A stretch of 64,000 bases of DNA from Octopus sinensis (GCF_006345805.1 NC_043009.1:32426001-32490000); one strand, 5' to 3'. Counted from the stretch's first letter, positions 11,661-26,659 are shown. Made by a program: numbers and translations. Notes: a model not told the origin generated them from the letters alone.

Positions 11661-13000
11661 TGATGGAGAAGAAGATGACCTGGATAGACATTAAAAAGGC
11701 TTACGACATTTGTGGATTCTGGAAACACTCGATAGATGTGGAATGGCTGAGGACATATGTGCGCTGATTAAGAATAGCATACCTGGTTGGAAAACACGTC
11801 TTTTCTGTAACAAGTAGCACTTAGCCAAGGTAACAATGAAAAGAGGTATCTCCCAAGGGGACCCTTGTTCACCTCTGTTATTTCTTATAGCCTTGATACC
11901 ATTTTCTGTAATCCTACGCAAAGTCGACGCGCACTATAAGCTGAGAAAGAATGGACCTCGTCTCAACCACCTTCTCTTTACAGATGGTTTAAAACTGTTC
12001 ACAAAAACTGAGCCTGAAATGGAGAGGCTGGTTGAGACTGTGCAGATGTGCAGCAAGGATATTGAGGTGGAATTCTGAATCCCTAAGTGTGCTGTATTCA
12101 CTTTGAGACGGGGATAAAAAAAAACAGAACGTAAGGGCATAGAACTACCAAACGAAGAGCAGATGGGAGACCCGGAGGATGATGGGTTACAGGTACCTTA
12201 GGATCCTGGGGCTCGACAATATCTTGTGCGGAGAAATGACGAACAAGTTCACTACTGCATATTTGAAGCATCTCAAACTTCTCTTGAAGTTAAAACGCAA
12301 CGCAAGGAACCTTGTGGCAGCCATCCTCGTATGGGCTGTTGCTGTTGTCCGATATAGTGCACCCATTCTAAAATGGACACGAACGGAGATTGACCAACTT
12401 GATCGCACTACCCGAACAACAATGACAGTGCATGGTGCCCTCCATCCTAAGGCAAACGTACACAGTTGTATATGAAAAGGTATAAAGGTGCACGTGGTCT
12501 GATTGGCGTACGGGAGTACATCAATAGTAAAAGAAGAAACGCGGCAAAATATTCGGTAAACAGCAAGCAAAACTAGACTACGTTATGCTGTTAATACTGA
12601 AGGGTTTTATAGGGAATTGATTTGAGAGTGCTAATAAATTCCGATCACGAATAGCCAACGAGAGAGGAAAATCTACTCTGCATGGAATTACATGGACAGT
12701 TCAACCGTGAAGCTAACACCTTAAAAGTCCAGAAAGTATCATAGAGGTCACTTAGTAAGGATGATCCTAAAAAGAAGACTGAAAAGACATTTAATACAAA
12801 CTCAGTGAGGAGGGATACATACCACACAAATGCAACGAACCTCTGCAGAATGTAAGGGAAGTAGGTCGAAAGCGTGATTCGCATTGTTAGTGCTTGTGAA
12901 AGTATAAGCTATAAAGAGTACAAGCGTAGACACGACAAGGTAGCCCAAAACCTCTACCGGCTACGATGCTGGAAGTATGGATACGAAGTAACGGTGTTGG
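11660..13000 (+). mobile_element. R4/Dong-clade non-LTR retrotransposon, 5'-truncated RT pseudogene
   Basis: TWIDIKKAYD, RGISQGDPCSPLLF, NHLLFTDGLKLF, WAVAVVRYSA, GALHPKANV, KGARGL, then the CCHC region (CRM...ESVIRIVSAC) and RRHDKVA. Many stops and frameshifts. Confidence 0.85.
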
Positions 13001-13014
13001 TATGTTTGGGTCTC

Positions 13015-13160
13015 TGCAACTTAGTCGCTCGACCAAAGAGACCTATAGAACAAGTTCCAGGCTTTAAAAAGTACTGAGGTCAATTTATTCGACTAAAATT
13101 CCTTCAAGGTGGCGTTCCAGGTTAGCTGCTGTCTAATGACTGAAAAAAATGTGAAAGGTA
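13015..13160 (+). mobile_element. SINE family A, 3' fragment
   Basis: Degenerate match to the 3' half of the copy at 54571 (ACTTAG..CG..CAAAGAGACC.ATAGAA.AAGT...AAGGTGGCG.TCCAG...TGACTGAAA). Confidence 0.7.
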
Positions 13161-15549
13161 ATAGAAACTATAATTTTGTACGGAAGACATTAAAAACACC
13201 AGGAATTACATCACCACAGCTAAGATTTATGAATATAAAATGGAATATGATATTAATTTCCATCTTAATGTAGAGGTATTAGGATATATATTAATGCATT
13301 ATATACCTTAGGAGGGCCTATCATATGGACGAGAATCGTCTGCTACGGCCGCCAGAAGTGCCAGTTCACCTGCAATGACTTCCTCAGCCACAGATGTCCA
13401 ACAGCGCGATAATGTCCGAATCTTCCGTCGACGATATATAGATTTTCAGTGTCTATTCAGATACTGGTGTTGCAAATAGATAGTAGGCTTATAGAAAAAT
13501 AATTAATAGAGACAGAAGAAGTATTAATATCATAAGTAAATATTTATCCATATTCAAAAGAGGAAATTGTCTTAGAATTCAGAAAGCTGCATTATGTATT
13601 CATCTGTAAACAATATAAATTCGAGTGTTTTTTGTCACCACCAGTCTTTAAAAGAGAATTTCTCGCGGTAAATATCGCAGTATTTTCTTTCCTAACACAA
13701 CTACAACGTTATGTTCGACATCTACATTATCTTTTGATATTAATACTGCTTCTGTCTTTATTAATTACTTTTGAAATATAATGCTTTTGAGTAATATGTA
13801 CCTAATTTGTAGTTATTACAGAAAGGAAACATTTTATGAACTCCGCGCAAAGTGCTTACTATATCTGATAGAAAACATTACACAGATCTTACCAGTTATT
13901 GCTACAGACTCTACAAAAATCTTTAACAATTATGGTAGCACTACCAACAAACCCCATTCTAGTTACTCTAGCTCTCTCTTTATTTCTCCTACACACACGT
14001 GCGCGCACGCACACACAAGGAACGAACATGCGCGCATACAAACATTATTTTTATCGCCTTTGTATTAGTATTTCAGAGTCTGTGGATTTCGTTGAATGTT
14101 TATATATCGACTTATATACACTCATCAGATATTCACACGCAGACATACACACACACCTATGTATGTGTGTGTCCGTGTGTGTGTGTGTGTACGTGTGTGT
14201 GTGTACGTGTACGTGTGTGTATGTGTGTACGTGTGTGTGTGTGATCACTCATATGGATATAGCATTTATAAAACATGTGCATTTATATACATATTGATAT
14301 GCATATAGATTTACATGCATATAGATAGGTATATACGCATGTGTGTGTGTATGTATATACACACATTCATAAATAGACTTACCTACATTGATTCATTGCC
14401 AGTCTAAACTCACTCACAGACACACATTTCTTCAGGCAAATTTTAAACCCTATAAGATCTGGCTGCTTATGTTACAGTTTCATAATCGCATAGCTTTAAA
14501 TATGTTTTCTAAGTATGTATATAAGTATATATCCATTCTTTTCCACCTATAGTATTCCATTGTTTCACTAAAATCTAATTACATCGGTAAAAATACCCAG
14601 GAGCAATCAGCAGCATTAGAATTTTTGTAGACATGAACAAGATTATATTCTAACAAAATTCTTTTCATAATCAGCACATTTGAAAATTTCTCTTATATTA
14701 TCGCGAAACATTTATATACGCCCTTTCGATGCAAAACCAGGATATTTCTCTTCAATAGTTTACTTATGAACGTAAGCATATTTGTCGTAAGATCCAAAGT
14801 ACACTACACCCAAAATAGAAGCTTCTTCTGAAAATCATGAGGAGACAAAACGGTGACGTATTAATACGAAAGCAAAGCAATAGAAACTCATAATGTCTTT
14901 TTTCTTTCAAAATGAGGTGAATCGAAACAGTTGCTGTAAATTAAAACATTTCCCATTGGTTTATTCGTCAGCAAATTAAAATACACTTTCTTTAATAGGC
15001 GTTTTACATTCTATGTATAAGTGCATATGTACGTGTGTACGCACAGGTATATGCATATTTATGTTTGTATGTGTTCTGTATTAATATTGTTCCTGTTGTT
15101 TTACGTGTTGTTGGAGAAGGGTGGGACGTAGTTTAAGGAATATAAGGTTGTTTTCCTTGCTCCAAACAATCAAACTATTCAGGCAGAAATGGCAAGTTCT
15201 AGGTTAACAGTAAATTCACCTTAAAACACATTAATATGTGCTTCATGCTTCACTAAGGAAGAAAAAAATACGACGTTATAGGGAAAGAAAGAGAACTGTG
15301 GAGATTTCATCCATCAATTTCTCTCTGCCATTTTATTATGACAGATTCAGCCTCTGGCTGAAATTTGTATTTCTTTTCTTGTTATCGTTACATCAGTCAG
15401 ACTACGCTAATCCTCCCCCATCTCTTTCTTTCTCTTATTTTACTATGAAAATATAATTGATCCATTGTTTCTTCTTTTCATGCATTTCATTTTTTTTCCT
15501 TCCTGTGCAACACAACAATAATACTTCAACTATTTTATTTGAAACTCTA

Positions 15550-16049
15550 AATTCCCTGAGTGAGAGATAGAGAGAGAGCGAGAGAGAAAACGAGCGAGTT
15601 CCTAGGTGTGCATTCATATACGTATACACATACATATATCAACATATATATATGTGTGGCTGGCTGGTTGTTTGTATGTACGTATATGTGTATGTGTGTA
15701 CATATAATACCTGAAGGTGAATGTGTATGCATACATATATATTCATATATCTATACATACATATATATATATACATATGCATATATATTTATATCTACAA
15801 ATATATGTATCCATCTCACTATATATATATGTGGGTGTGTATCTGTGTTTCTGTGTTTCTATGTGTGTGTATGTATATGTGTATATATATATGTACATAG
15901 ATATTTAGATATACGCCTGGATTTGTTTATATATATATATATAATATATATATATATATAATATATATATATAATATATATATATATATATAATATATAT
16001 ATATATATAGATAGATATACATACATAGACACACGCGCACACATATATG

Positions 16050-16116
<67 letters not shown>

Positions 16117-16174
16117 GACATATATATATATATATATAGAGAGAGACATATATATATATATGTATATATATGTA

Positions 16175-16213
<39 letters not shown>

Positions 16214-16278
16214 ATATATATATATATATATATATATAGATAGATATACATACATAGACACACGCGCACACATATATG

Positions 16279-16346
<68 letters not shown>

Positions 16347-16407
16347 ATAGACATATATATATATATATATAGAGAGAGACATATATATATATATGTATAT
16401 ATATGTA

Positions 16408-16474
<67 letters not shown>

Positions 16475-16475
16475 A
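15550..16475. repeat. Compound (GA)/(TA)/(TG) microsatellite block with ~229-bp internal tandem duplication
   Basis: Marker TAGATAGATATACATACATAGACACACGCGCACAC occurs at 16008 and 16237. Confidence 0.9.
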
Positions 16476-16669
16476 TTTATGTATGTCAACAGGTGGTAGC
16501 TGTTATACACCCTAAGTATAAATAGCGTCTTCCCCAGAATACCCAATATTTGAATATCTAAGTTTCTTTCTATCCATTGCGTTCGTGCATACTAAGCGAA
16601 AAGTATTGATTTCACCAATGTTGTTGAACATTTGTGGCTAAACCAAAGCAGTTCCATCCTCATGCCTGA

Positions 16670-16780
16670 ATCCGTTTACAGACTTTTTTCTTATTCCATC
16701 ACTTTTCCACACGTCGAATTCGTTTTGTAGTTCCTGGATTGATTCCACTATAAAAGATTTTACTGATCAATGTGGTACCT
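16670..16780 (-). mobile_element. RTE LINE reverse-transcriptase fragment
   Basis: IVESIQELQNEFDVWKSDGIRKSL resembles the segment following YADD in RTE RTs. Confidence 0.45.
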
Positions 16781-17339
16781 TACTTATACTCACATTCGAA
16801 CGAACAAGCAAGCACTAACACATATAGGTACGTATTCATGTATGTACACACACAGACATATTCTTGCTATAAACACTAAGTCCAACATAAGGCGTTATGT
16901 TTCGTTGTAAAAACACACCAGGAATAACTACTCCTTGTATAACTTTTAGGAGAGTAAACTCTGTTGGTTGTAATAATAGTGATGGCGAGATGAAAATCAG
17001 AAGTAAAGTAAATACGACTTGATAAGAGGATGAAACAATCTGGAAAGAAAGAAGGACTGCAAAATATATAAACATTGCAGAAGAGAAAAGTGAACTGAAT
17101 ATAATTAGAAAATCGACAGAAATTTTGAGGAAACAGCACGATGATGGGGAGGATGATGGTGGTGATGACAGTGATGATGAGGAGATGGAGGGGGAGGAGG
17201 AGGAGTAAGTGAAGGAGGCGGGTATTGGTGGGGTTGTAGGGGGTTGTCAGAAAATAATAATAGATGAAAGATGAAGGGTTGCACCGATCATGGCAACATG
17301 CCACTTAAGAGGAGAATTAATGAATCACCGCACGAACTC

Positions 17340-17530
17340 AAGGATATATGCAAGGCCATTCAAAGAGGAACTCATACACAGTTCCAGCAAGATGGGGCAA
17401 CTTCTTATACCGCAGTGCTTTGCAGTGAGAATAATCTACTTTCTTAGTAAATGATATTAACGCTACCTATAATATTCGGCTGGCTTCAGGCTAGTTGCAA
17501 CCGTGTTCTTGGGATAGTCTATTGTTCTGA
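17340..17530 (+). mobile_element. Tc1/mariner-superfamily transposase fragment
   Basis: QFQQDGATSYTA at 17379 (2nd catalytic D motif), then SG*LQPCSWDSL resembling SPDLNP..W. Confidence 0.5.
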
Positions 17531-17655
17531 GATTATGTTTGATCTGATGATTATGGCTTTTTGAAATGATGCAATGTACTCCTATTTGAAAATACGTGAG
17601 AAACAGCAGTAATGAGATAATAAAAGCCTATCATCTGTTAATATTCATCTGCTTG

Positions 17656-17689
<34 letters not shown>

Positions 17690-17749
17690 CACACACACAC
17701 ACGCATATGTAGTTTTTATGACCCCCTCACATGTACGCCTCACGCTACT

Positions 17750-17979
17750 AAACGTTTGACGCACATGGAACCCATGTACATTCCTTCTTCTGATGGTCGT
17801 CCTTTGCCGTGATAGAAGAGCTTTTGTGCCTGAATGATTCCGAGATCGATGCCGTTTGGAATCCTAGTCTTCTGGCAGGATCACCCATGGCGGCATGGTC
17901 AAGGATGAGATCCCAAACTAAACACGACCAAACACCAAACCTAGACCCCAACGGCGAAGCAAGCAGAAGAGAGCAATCG

Positions 17980-17980
<1 letters not shown>
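17750..17980 (-). mobile_element. Interspersed repeat fragment, possibly an RTE-type LINE 5' region
   Basis: GC-rich island beside (TA)n; GCCATGGGTGATCCTGCCAG...CGGCATCGATCTCGG...GGCACAAAAGCTC resembles RTE 5' UTRs as I recall them. Confidence 0.3.
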
Positions 17981-18013
<33 letters not shown>

Positions 18014-19037
18014 AGTAAAAAGGTAAGAACAAGCAAATTAGGCAAGTCGATAAACAAAGAATATTAAATACAAAAATACAAAACAGTATATGTTTACATA
18101 CAAAAGGGTTAAACTTACAGAGAATAGAAATGATATCAAGAATTAAAGGGGTTGAAGAATTGTATTACAAATTCAACAGCTTTTTCTGGGGGTTCAGCTG
18201 TCCCAAAAATGATTGCAAATTGTTTCCATCTTTAATACACCATTCTTTCAACACCTCATCTTATGATGTAAGCATTATATGTATATGTGTGTGCGTGTGT
18301 GTATGTCTGTATGTATGCGTGTGTATTTATGCATAATTGTTTTTGTATATACATGTGTTTCAGTAAGAATGAATTATAATAATTTTCAATAAAATGTTAA
18401 TCATACAATAGTATGAATGAATTCTAATCACTGACCTTTCATTTCACTTGTGTTTGATTTCAATTCCCCTATATACCTGCCACCTCTCATTCACTTATTT
18501 TAGATTAGATAATCCAAGTTTGTATCTGATAATTATTCGATATTCTTAAATATGGTGTATATTCCGGTTAATAGAAATTATCAAAATTATTCGTTACGCA
18601 ATGATTGGATGAGCCATCTAGTATGTGTGGCAATATGTAACTTTTCCTAGAGAGCTAAAAAATATATTTATAGTCTTACAAGAAAATCTGATCTTATCAA
18701 TTGCTGCTGCGATCGTTTTCTTTGGTCAATAAAGAAAATAATTTCGTTTACGATGCTTCATACTTATGACTTATTTAATCCAATTTCATGTCATTGTTCA
18801 AATGCTACATTTCCTGGTTTTTAATTTTTCAAATTATACAGTCCAACTATTTTCATAACAATTCTATTAGATCTATCAAGTAATTTCAGTTGATTACATA
18901 ACGTTGATGAGGTATATAAGACAGCATCATCTCGCAAAATTGGCATTATGAGGAATTATAAACCGAAACGTGTCCATACATACCATTTGCCTACAAAAAA
19001 TAAGATTTCCCTTATATCAAATATGTGTACCGGCCTG

Positions 19038-19086
19038 GCATTTGAAGCATCGTATCTGATATTACCAGATACGATGCTTCAAATGC
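19038..19086. repeat. Perfect inverted repeat, 21-bp arms, 7-nt loop
   Basis: GCATTTGAAGCATCGTATCTG-ATATTAC-CAGATACGATGCTTCAAATGC. Confidence 0.95.
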
Positions 19087-19663
19087 AACAACACTGCAGC
19101 ACAGTACGATCACTCTACATCCGAATAAAGGATCGTCTTACTACCAAGCGCCTGATCAGATAATATCAGCACAACAAATGAGATATTATGCTTCTTCTTT
19201 GAACGCATCTTCTTAGCTTCTTGCCATTTATCCAGTTAATTTATTTCCGATATTGCGTTCTATATTTAACTATCGAAATTGACAAAACATAGCAGTCACA
19301 GAACACGCGGAAAATTATTTATAAGTTCTATGTTTTAAATATCTTAGTCAACGAAACCTGCAAACCTGTATTTATTATGCTAGTTTATTGATGTGTACAC
19401 AATGAATATATATTTAATTGTCTACTGCTTGTACACAAACCCCAGGTTAAATCCTAAGGTTGGAAATTAGCTAAATATTATATTTTCCTTTCGAGAGTCA
19501 CTAACAAGTGGAGCTAACTTTATAGATGCTTTCTCAAACTCAGATGGGAACTTCAATTGATAAGAAAAAATATTTTAATTGGGCATTCACTGCATTACCC
19601 ATCGTAATCTACCGTAAATTTATTTTCTCTGCCAACAGTTTGTTTTTCATTATTTATAAGAAT

Positions 19664-19813
19664 AAGGCGGCGAGCTGGCAGATTCGTTAGCACGCTGGGC
19701 AATATACCTAGCAGCATTTCGTCCTTCTTTATGTTCTGGGTTCAAATTCCGCCGAGGTTAACTGTACTTTCGGGATCGACAAATTAAATATCAGTGAAAT
19801 ACTGGGGTCGATG
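19664..19813 (+). mobile_element. SINE family B (internally deleted)
   Basis: GGCGGCGAGCTGGCAGATTCGTTAGC head, GGTTCAAATTCCGCC B box, CTGGGGTCGAT motif. Confidence 0.85.
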
Positions 19814-20299
19814 AAAGGATTATTCATAAGAATATCCATTCTTCTTAAATTTATCAGCTAGAAGGCCAAGGAGTGCGATCACTTGGTTTATTCTCACATC
19901 AAGAATCAACACAATGTTCTATAAACAGATATCTGTACAACATAACATCAACCTTGTACCATTTTTGAAAATTGTTTCTGGTACTGTCACTAATTTCTTT
20001 ACACCAATCTTTAAAGAATTATGTTTTATGTGCAACAACTAAAAAGCGAGCTACGATATTCTTGAAGACCATGTAATAGAGGGCGAAACTAATGGATGTG
20101 CCTTCTCACTGTTTACTTCCGGCGCTCATTTCGATTATGGTCGACATAAAACTTGACACTGTATATCTGGTAACTAAATATAATGCATTTGATTTGCGCT
20201 ACACATTTACTTATACCCACTCTGCATTGAGATATCTGCTTAACTTGTATATATGTGCGCGCGCTGTACGTGTGTATGTATGTGCACGTATTTTCTTTT

Positions 20300-20780
<481 letters not shown>

Positions 20781-22350
20781 ATATACATATACGTATGCAT
20801 ATTTATGTGTGTGTTTGTGTGTGTGCGTGTGTGTGTGTGTGTGCGTGTGTATGTGTGTGTGTGTGTATGTGTGTGTGTGTGTGTGTGTTTGTATGAATAT
20901 ATACGCTTGTGTACGAGCGTATGCATGTTTGCGCTGGGGCATTACACAGCATTCTGAAAGCAGAATTTATTTCATTCCAGATTTTCAAAAAAAAAAAGAC
21001 AAGCGATTTTAACGATATTTCTGAATGTGTTATTTTTAAAGAGTTACAGTAAAATTTATCTTTACTGAGAAAATATTATGAAAAGAAGTAATAAAACTGC
21101 TGTTAAATCGTGTTGGATTAAATTAATGTGATTTAATAACAATGCACCAATATCCGATTGTGAATGTAACATTGACTTAAAGTTTGTCTTTGAAAATGCA
21201 AATATTGAACATTTAGGAGAGCGGATTGTCTATGATCAGAGAGGATCCCTCTCTTTAATATATTTTATTTTATACTCTGCTGTTTAATTACATCTCTCTA
21301 TATTCTGATTCGCAATCCTACCATTCATTAATCAATACAATACGTACCAGTAATGTGCTGTTTATAATTGAATCAACTACATTCATCCACTACAAATTTG
21401 AGGCCTTGTTTAAAAGCTAAAGTTCAGTTACACACATTTTTATTTCATGTTCTATTTCAATATGTTCCTGTATTCAATAACCAAAGTGTATTTTTATTCG
21501 CTTCAAACATTTTGTTTGAATTACTTTAGTTAATAATGTATCTCTTATCTAGGGACTGTTGTGATTGTTTCTCTGTTTTTCTTTGGTGAAATTAATGCTT
21601 TATCCTTTAATTGTTTAGCATTTGTTTCATTTGATTATGTTTCTTTGATGATATTTCATTTGTATTGGTTTTGGAGTGGCGATCTAAAGGCTCTTCTGGG
21701 TAGAAACTTTAATGGCGATTGTTGTCGGAATAGTAATATAACTATTGATTGGTAGTTACATGCCAAGGGTGATCAACATCACTATGGAACGTAAATAATC
21801 GGCAAGCGCCGTAACAGAACCCACAGAATCATATTCCCAATTACGCAGCGTTTTCACCTAGATGAGGTCAAAACTGCAGGTCAATACTGCGCACCCCAAA
21901 CTGCAATGATGAATCGTTTATTGTGCAATACGACAATCTGAAAATACTGCTCTTATCCCGCTGCCAATGCCTTTCTCCAAGTTTGTAGATGCTTGTGGTA
22001 TGGTCCAGAGTGCGAAAGTTATCCTACCTTTATATACATTTATAGTCTGAACAGCCCAACACAGTGTTCGGGATGGCTTAAGAAGTATATTGATCCTACA
22101 GCTATTTCTTTGCACATCTGCTTCCGGTTCTTGTCCATATTTCAAGGATGTTGTTATAGAACAGCCCTGAAGTGTCGTATAAATGCCTGGATTATTGGAC
22201 GTGGTTTTTATTGTAGTTCCACATTATTTCGTGTATGAGTGGCATGTGTGTTCGTTTGCTACTTTTGCTCTTGATAATGTATAAGCATTTAGATTTTTGA
22301 TAATTTTATCGTAATATATTTGCATACATACATATACATGTGTGTGTATG

Positions 22351-22392
<42 letters not shown>

Positions 22393-22866
22393 TATGAATT
22401 TGTTTTGGGGTTTAAAAATGCACCTGAATCTAAAAACATGTAGTTGTTTTTAAATAGATTTATTCATAAACCAAACTATTTTCGACAATTTTTTGCTTAT
22501 CAATGGTATAAATATGTATATAAAAAAGAGGAGTTAAGGAGAGTTTAAAATTAGAAGGTTAAAATTGGACAAACATGTTTAAACCATCAAATTTTTAAAT
22601 GTTCACAGAAAATTCAATGAGTTTCACAGGGATAGGTAGTAATATTAATGCAAATGTTCAGCGAAGAACTTAACAAATCATACATTATAGAAAGTCCCGT
22701 CATATTGCATTTTTATAAAATAAGTGGAGAAGAATGAGAAAAAGCAGAGAGAAAGAGAAAAGTTTTCTTTGTGCAATTTCTGTTGTGGTGTATGTCGTTC
22801 TGCTTTTTTCAATTTCAGAGTCTGTGCACTGCTATATTCCCCTTTCACTGTTGATGGGGTCATAAG

Positions 22867-22945
<79 letters not shown>

Positions 22946-22971
22946 TATATATATACAGACACACACACATG

Positions 22972-23019
<48 letters not shown>

Positions 23020-23400
23020 ATTTACTACTTCCGTAGCATTATTTTTACCTCATCTTGTTAAAGCGTTACACTAATATGGTTATTTATTATCATTTTACAT
23101 GAATGTCTACCGTTTCTGTCACTTGACCTTCACTAAAGGTTGTCCTAAATACCTACAAATTCTTCATAAATAGCATAGAATTTTATCTGTACGTTATCTA
23201 AGGAGTAAATCCATAAGGACGTTTTTCATAATCACACTCACTTCAAAGAATTCAGCATAATCTCAACATCTGCTGACCTGTTGGTCAGAGATGAATCTTT
23301 GGAACTCAATTAGATATATACATGTCAACATTCTTGATTTGTAAATGAAATCATGAAATGGGTCTACAAACTTAATTCCAATAATAAATATGTTTTAAAC

Positions 23401-23713
23401 CGGTGCTACTCAAATTAGTGGTCCGCGGACCGGTGCCTGTTCACAAGCCATCAGCTGGCGGTATGCGGCGAGTTTGCAGAAAAGAAAGAAATATAAAATG
23501 CTTATAAAATATTTATAGACTGCTTATGTAGTATTGTATTATTTGTTTACAAAATAAATATAAGGTAAACACATTATCAACGTTTATTATATTCATTATA
23601 AATATATATAAGTTTCCGGTATGAATTAATATTACTACGAAATATTACCGGTCCCTGGAACATTGGAAAAACAAACTGCAGATGCGCAACATCAGATAGT
23701 TTGAGAAGCACTG
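23401..23713. mobile_element. hAT (Charlie-like) MITE
   Basis: TIRs CGGTGCTACTCAAA / TTTGAGAAGCACTG; 8-bp TSD TTTTAAAC / TTGTAAAC (7/8); subterminal GGTCCGCGGACC. Confidence 0.8.
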
Positions 23714-26603
23714 TTGTAAACCACTTAATACATTTCGATAATCCAGAAATATATGCAAACTACGTGATATTGTCTGAATTCGGACGAATATTCTATTTAG
23801 ACACTCGAAGTTCCCTCTTGTAATCATGGCTATCGGATTCAGAGTAACGTCTATGAAAAGGTATATCAGATTCTCCAAAATTAGTCCAACATACAAGCTT
23901 TGCTATCGAGACCGCCGTCCATATTCTGCGTAGGGAAACATTCCAGACAAAGAATATATATTATTAAACGTATAAATATTCAACGAGACAACCACCATTT
24001 CCTTACAGCCAAAATACTGTTTTTTAATATAAATTGTGCTTTTATAAGAAGAAACAATCGACTTTTTTACTTTTGTCTTACAAGACATAAACTACAAGCC
24101 AATGTAAATATATTAACTGGTATATTTGTAGGACGTACGTAATTTTGAGAGTTAGAATATAACATTTTTGTGAGAATTAACGTCTTATTTTCAAGCAGCC
24201 ACAGCTGAGAGCATCCTAGTATTAGACAGAAAATGTTTTGGTGGTCTTTAGACAGAGGAAATATTAAATAGAGTATCTAATTCGCAATAACACAATGTAT
24301 GTATGTATATACACATATAGATTTATATATATAGAATTAATAAAATGACATTTCCTTTTCGTTTATTTTCAATGCATATATACATGCATACACACATACA
24401 CACGCACATACATGCACACACATATCTATATATAATGAGAGAAACTGAAAGAGACACCAGAATACATTTTTCTTCCTCCCGCAGAGAGCTTATACTGTAG
24501 AATATTTGCTATATGAACGAAAGTAATATATCAAACAGGCGTTTAAATATTTATATACGACACAATAAAAACTAAACTCACAACGAAAAGAGTCTCTGAC
24601 TATGTTTCATCACAAATGCATAATTCAGTAGCGATGATTTTATTTCCAACTGGTAAAATTTCCCTTTAAATATTAAAACATATATATATATATATATATA
24701 TATCTCAGATGTTTCAGATATTACAAAAAATTAAGGTAAATATGAAGTTTACATAAAATTGACTTTTCATTAATATCTACCAGGAATATTTTTACTCTGG
24801 TGCTCTGAAAATCACAGTTAGGATATGTTGTTTTTTTTAAAAAAGAATCTGAATCTGTAGATTACAAAAACGTATGCATGTAATGTGAAGTGGGTGTTTC
24901 GCAAAGAAATTCACATCTGTATCAATGTGATAAACACAGTCCATTAGTAATTAATTTGAAAATTATTGATCTTTGTATTCTGTGCTGATGGAACGCACTG
25001 ATATATTGTCATGTTTGGTGTATAGAAAAATGTTTTTTCAGCATGGAACAACGTGAAAGTTTCTAATCTTTGGTTTTAGTAGACTTGGACTGATTTTAGA
25101 AATGTTTCTTAGTTTTCATATCATGGATCGACTAGCTGAAGTTTCAAAGAATATGGTTTACAAATTGTTAATCAATAAAAGATAGAAGAAAACATAATTA
25201 TGTACAAAACAGTATAAAAATATAAATAAAATATTGGCCAAAATATAAAAGTGTAGGAAAGAGAAGTAAAGAGGTGCAAACACTTTGGTTAATGTTATCG
25301 TTTTGTAATGTGGTTGTATGTCCCAACTCACAAGAAGGCCGTGGGTAAGAATTTTGTTCTACAGCTTTTAGACCGATCAAAGTCTTGTTAGTGAAAATAC
25401 ATTTAACAAATACGGCGTAAATGGCGGTAGGAATGAACCTGGTTATTACACTTAATCTGTCGTCTGTGTATCCTCACCACCGTTGTCACAGAGCTTGCTT
25501 ACAAGGTTTCGGGTCAGCTCTTTGTTCCGAGGATATTTTCATCTCTTCCTCTCAGTATTTCTCGAGTTTCTGAAAACTGTCATGTACGCTGTTCTTTCAC
25601 CTTTAATTAAAGAAATGATGTTTCAAAATGTATCGGTCAGCTAGCTACAATAACGTGCAATGTGACAAAGAGATCCCTGAGACTGCAACTAACTGCATTC
25701 CGGTAACGTCCGACTATGTGCGGCTTACATTCTAAGCAAATACTGCATTGATTTCATAGCCTTACGTGGCAGTATTTACGATGGCTTTTGCCTAATTACA
25801 CATTACTCCATAGTATGTTCCATAGATGGAAGCAAATATTGGTAGAAGTTTAAATATCGAAATTAAGAGAGTTTCAACTTCATAACCTTCCAAATTTAGT
25901 ATCCTGTTGTCTCATGTGCTTTCATGTAAAATGTAACTCACTATAGTTAACTTTTCAAGTCCAAATTTATATCTAACTAATCTTTAAAAGTTAAGGGACC
26001 ACCAAATATCTCCAAACGAACTACGATCATAGCACAACCAGCTTGAACCAACTGCTAAACTATACTCATTACACAGATTATCAAGTCATAAAACGGAAGC
26101 TAATATACAACGCCAGATACAAAGCTAGAAAAAGAAAATTGAATGATTGTATCATATCCTGACTCCTGAGTTTACTGTAGAGTTATAAGCACGTTTCTTT
26201 AGTCTTATAATTGATACCTAAGGACACAATTTACATATTATGATCAAGCAGTATAAACTTTCTATTCATCGTAATTCAATACATATATGTACGAAGCGTA
26301 TTTACGAATTTCTGTTTTGGAAACCCGTGGAATTTAAAAAAGTAATAATATGTTAACAGTGTATGACAACAATATATTTTAAAACATGCGACAATGAAAG
26401 ATAATAAATGGGAGGCAGCTGAGATTTTAGAAGGCATAATAATACAAAAAAATATTAATAATATATGCCTATATCTGGATATGTACATACATGCATACAA
26501 ATATATATATATATATATATTTATCTGTGCGTGTATGTGGATATATATGTATACATATAAACACACACACACACGCACGCACACATACACACACACAACA
26601 CAC

Positions 26604-26659
<56 letters not shown>

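Noticed and set aside
18944-18975. Hammerhead-like string CATTATGAGG...CCGAAACGTGTC
   Set aside because: Two substitutions in the CUGAUGA core and only a 2-bp stem II; at best a dead remnant.
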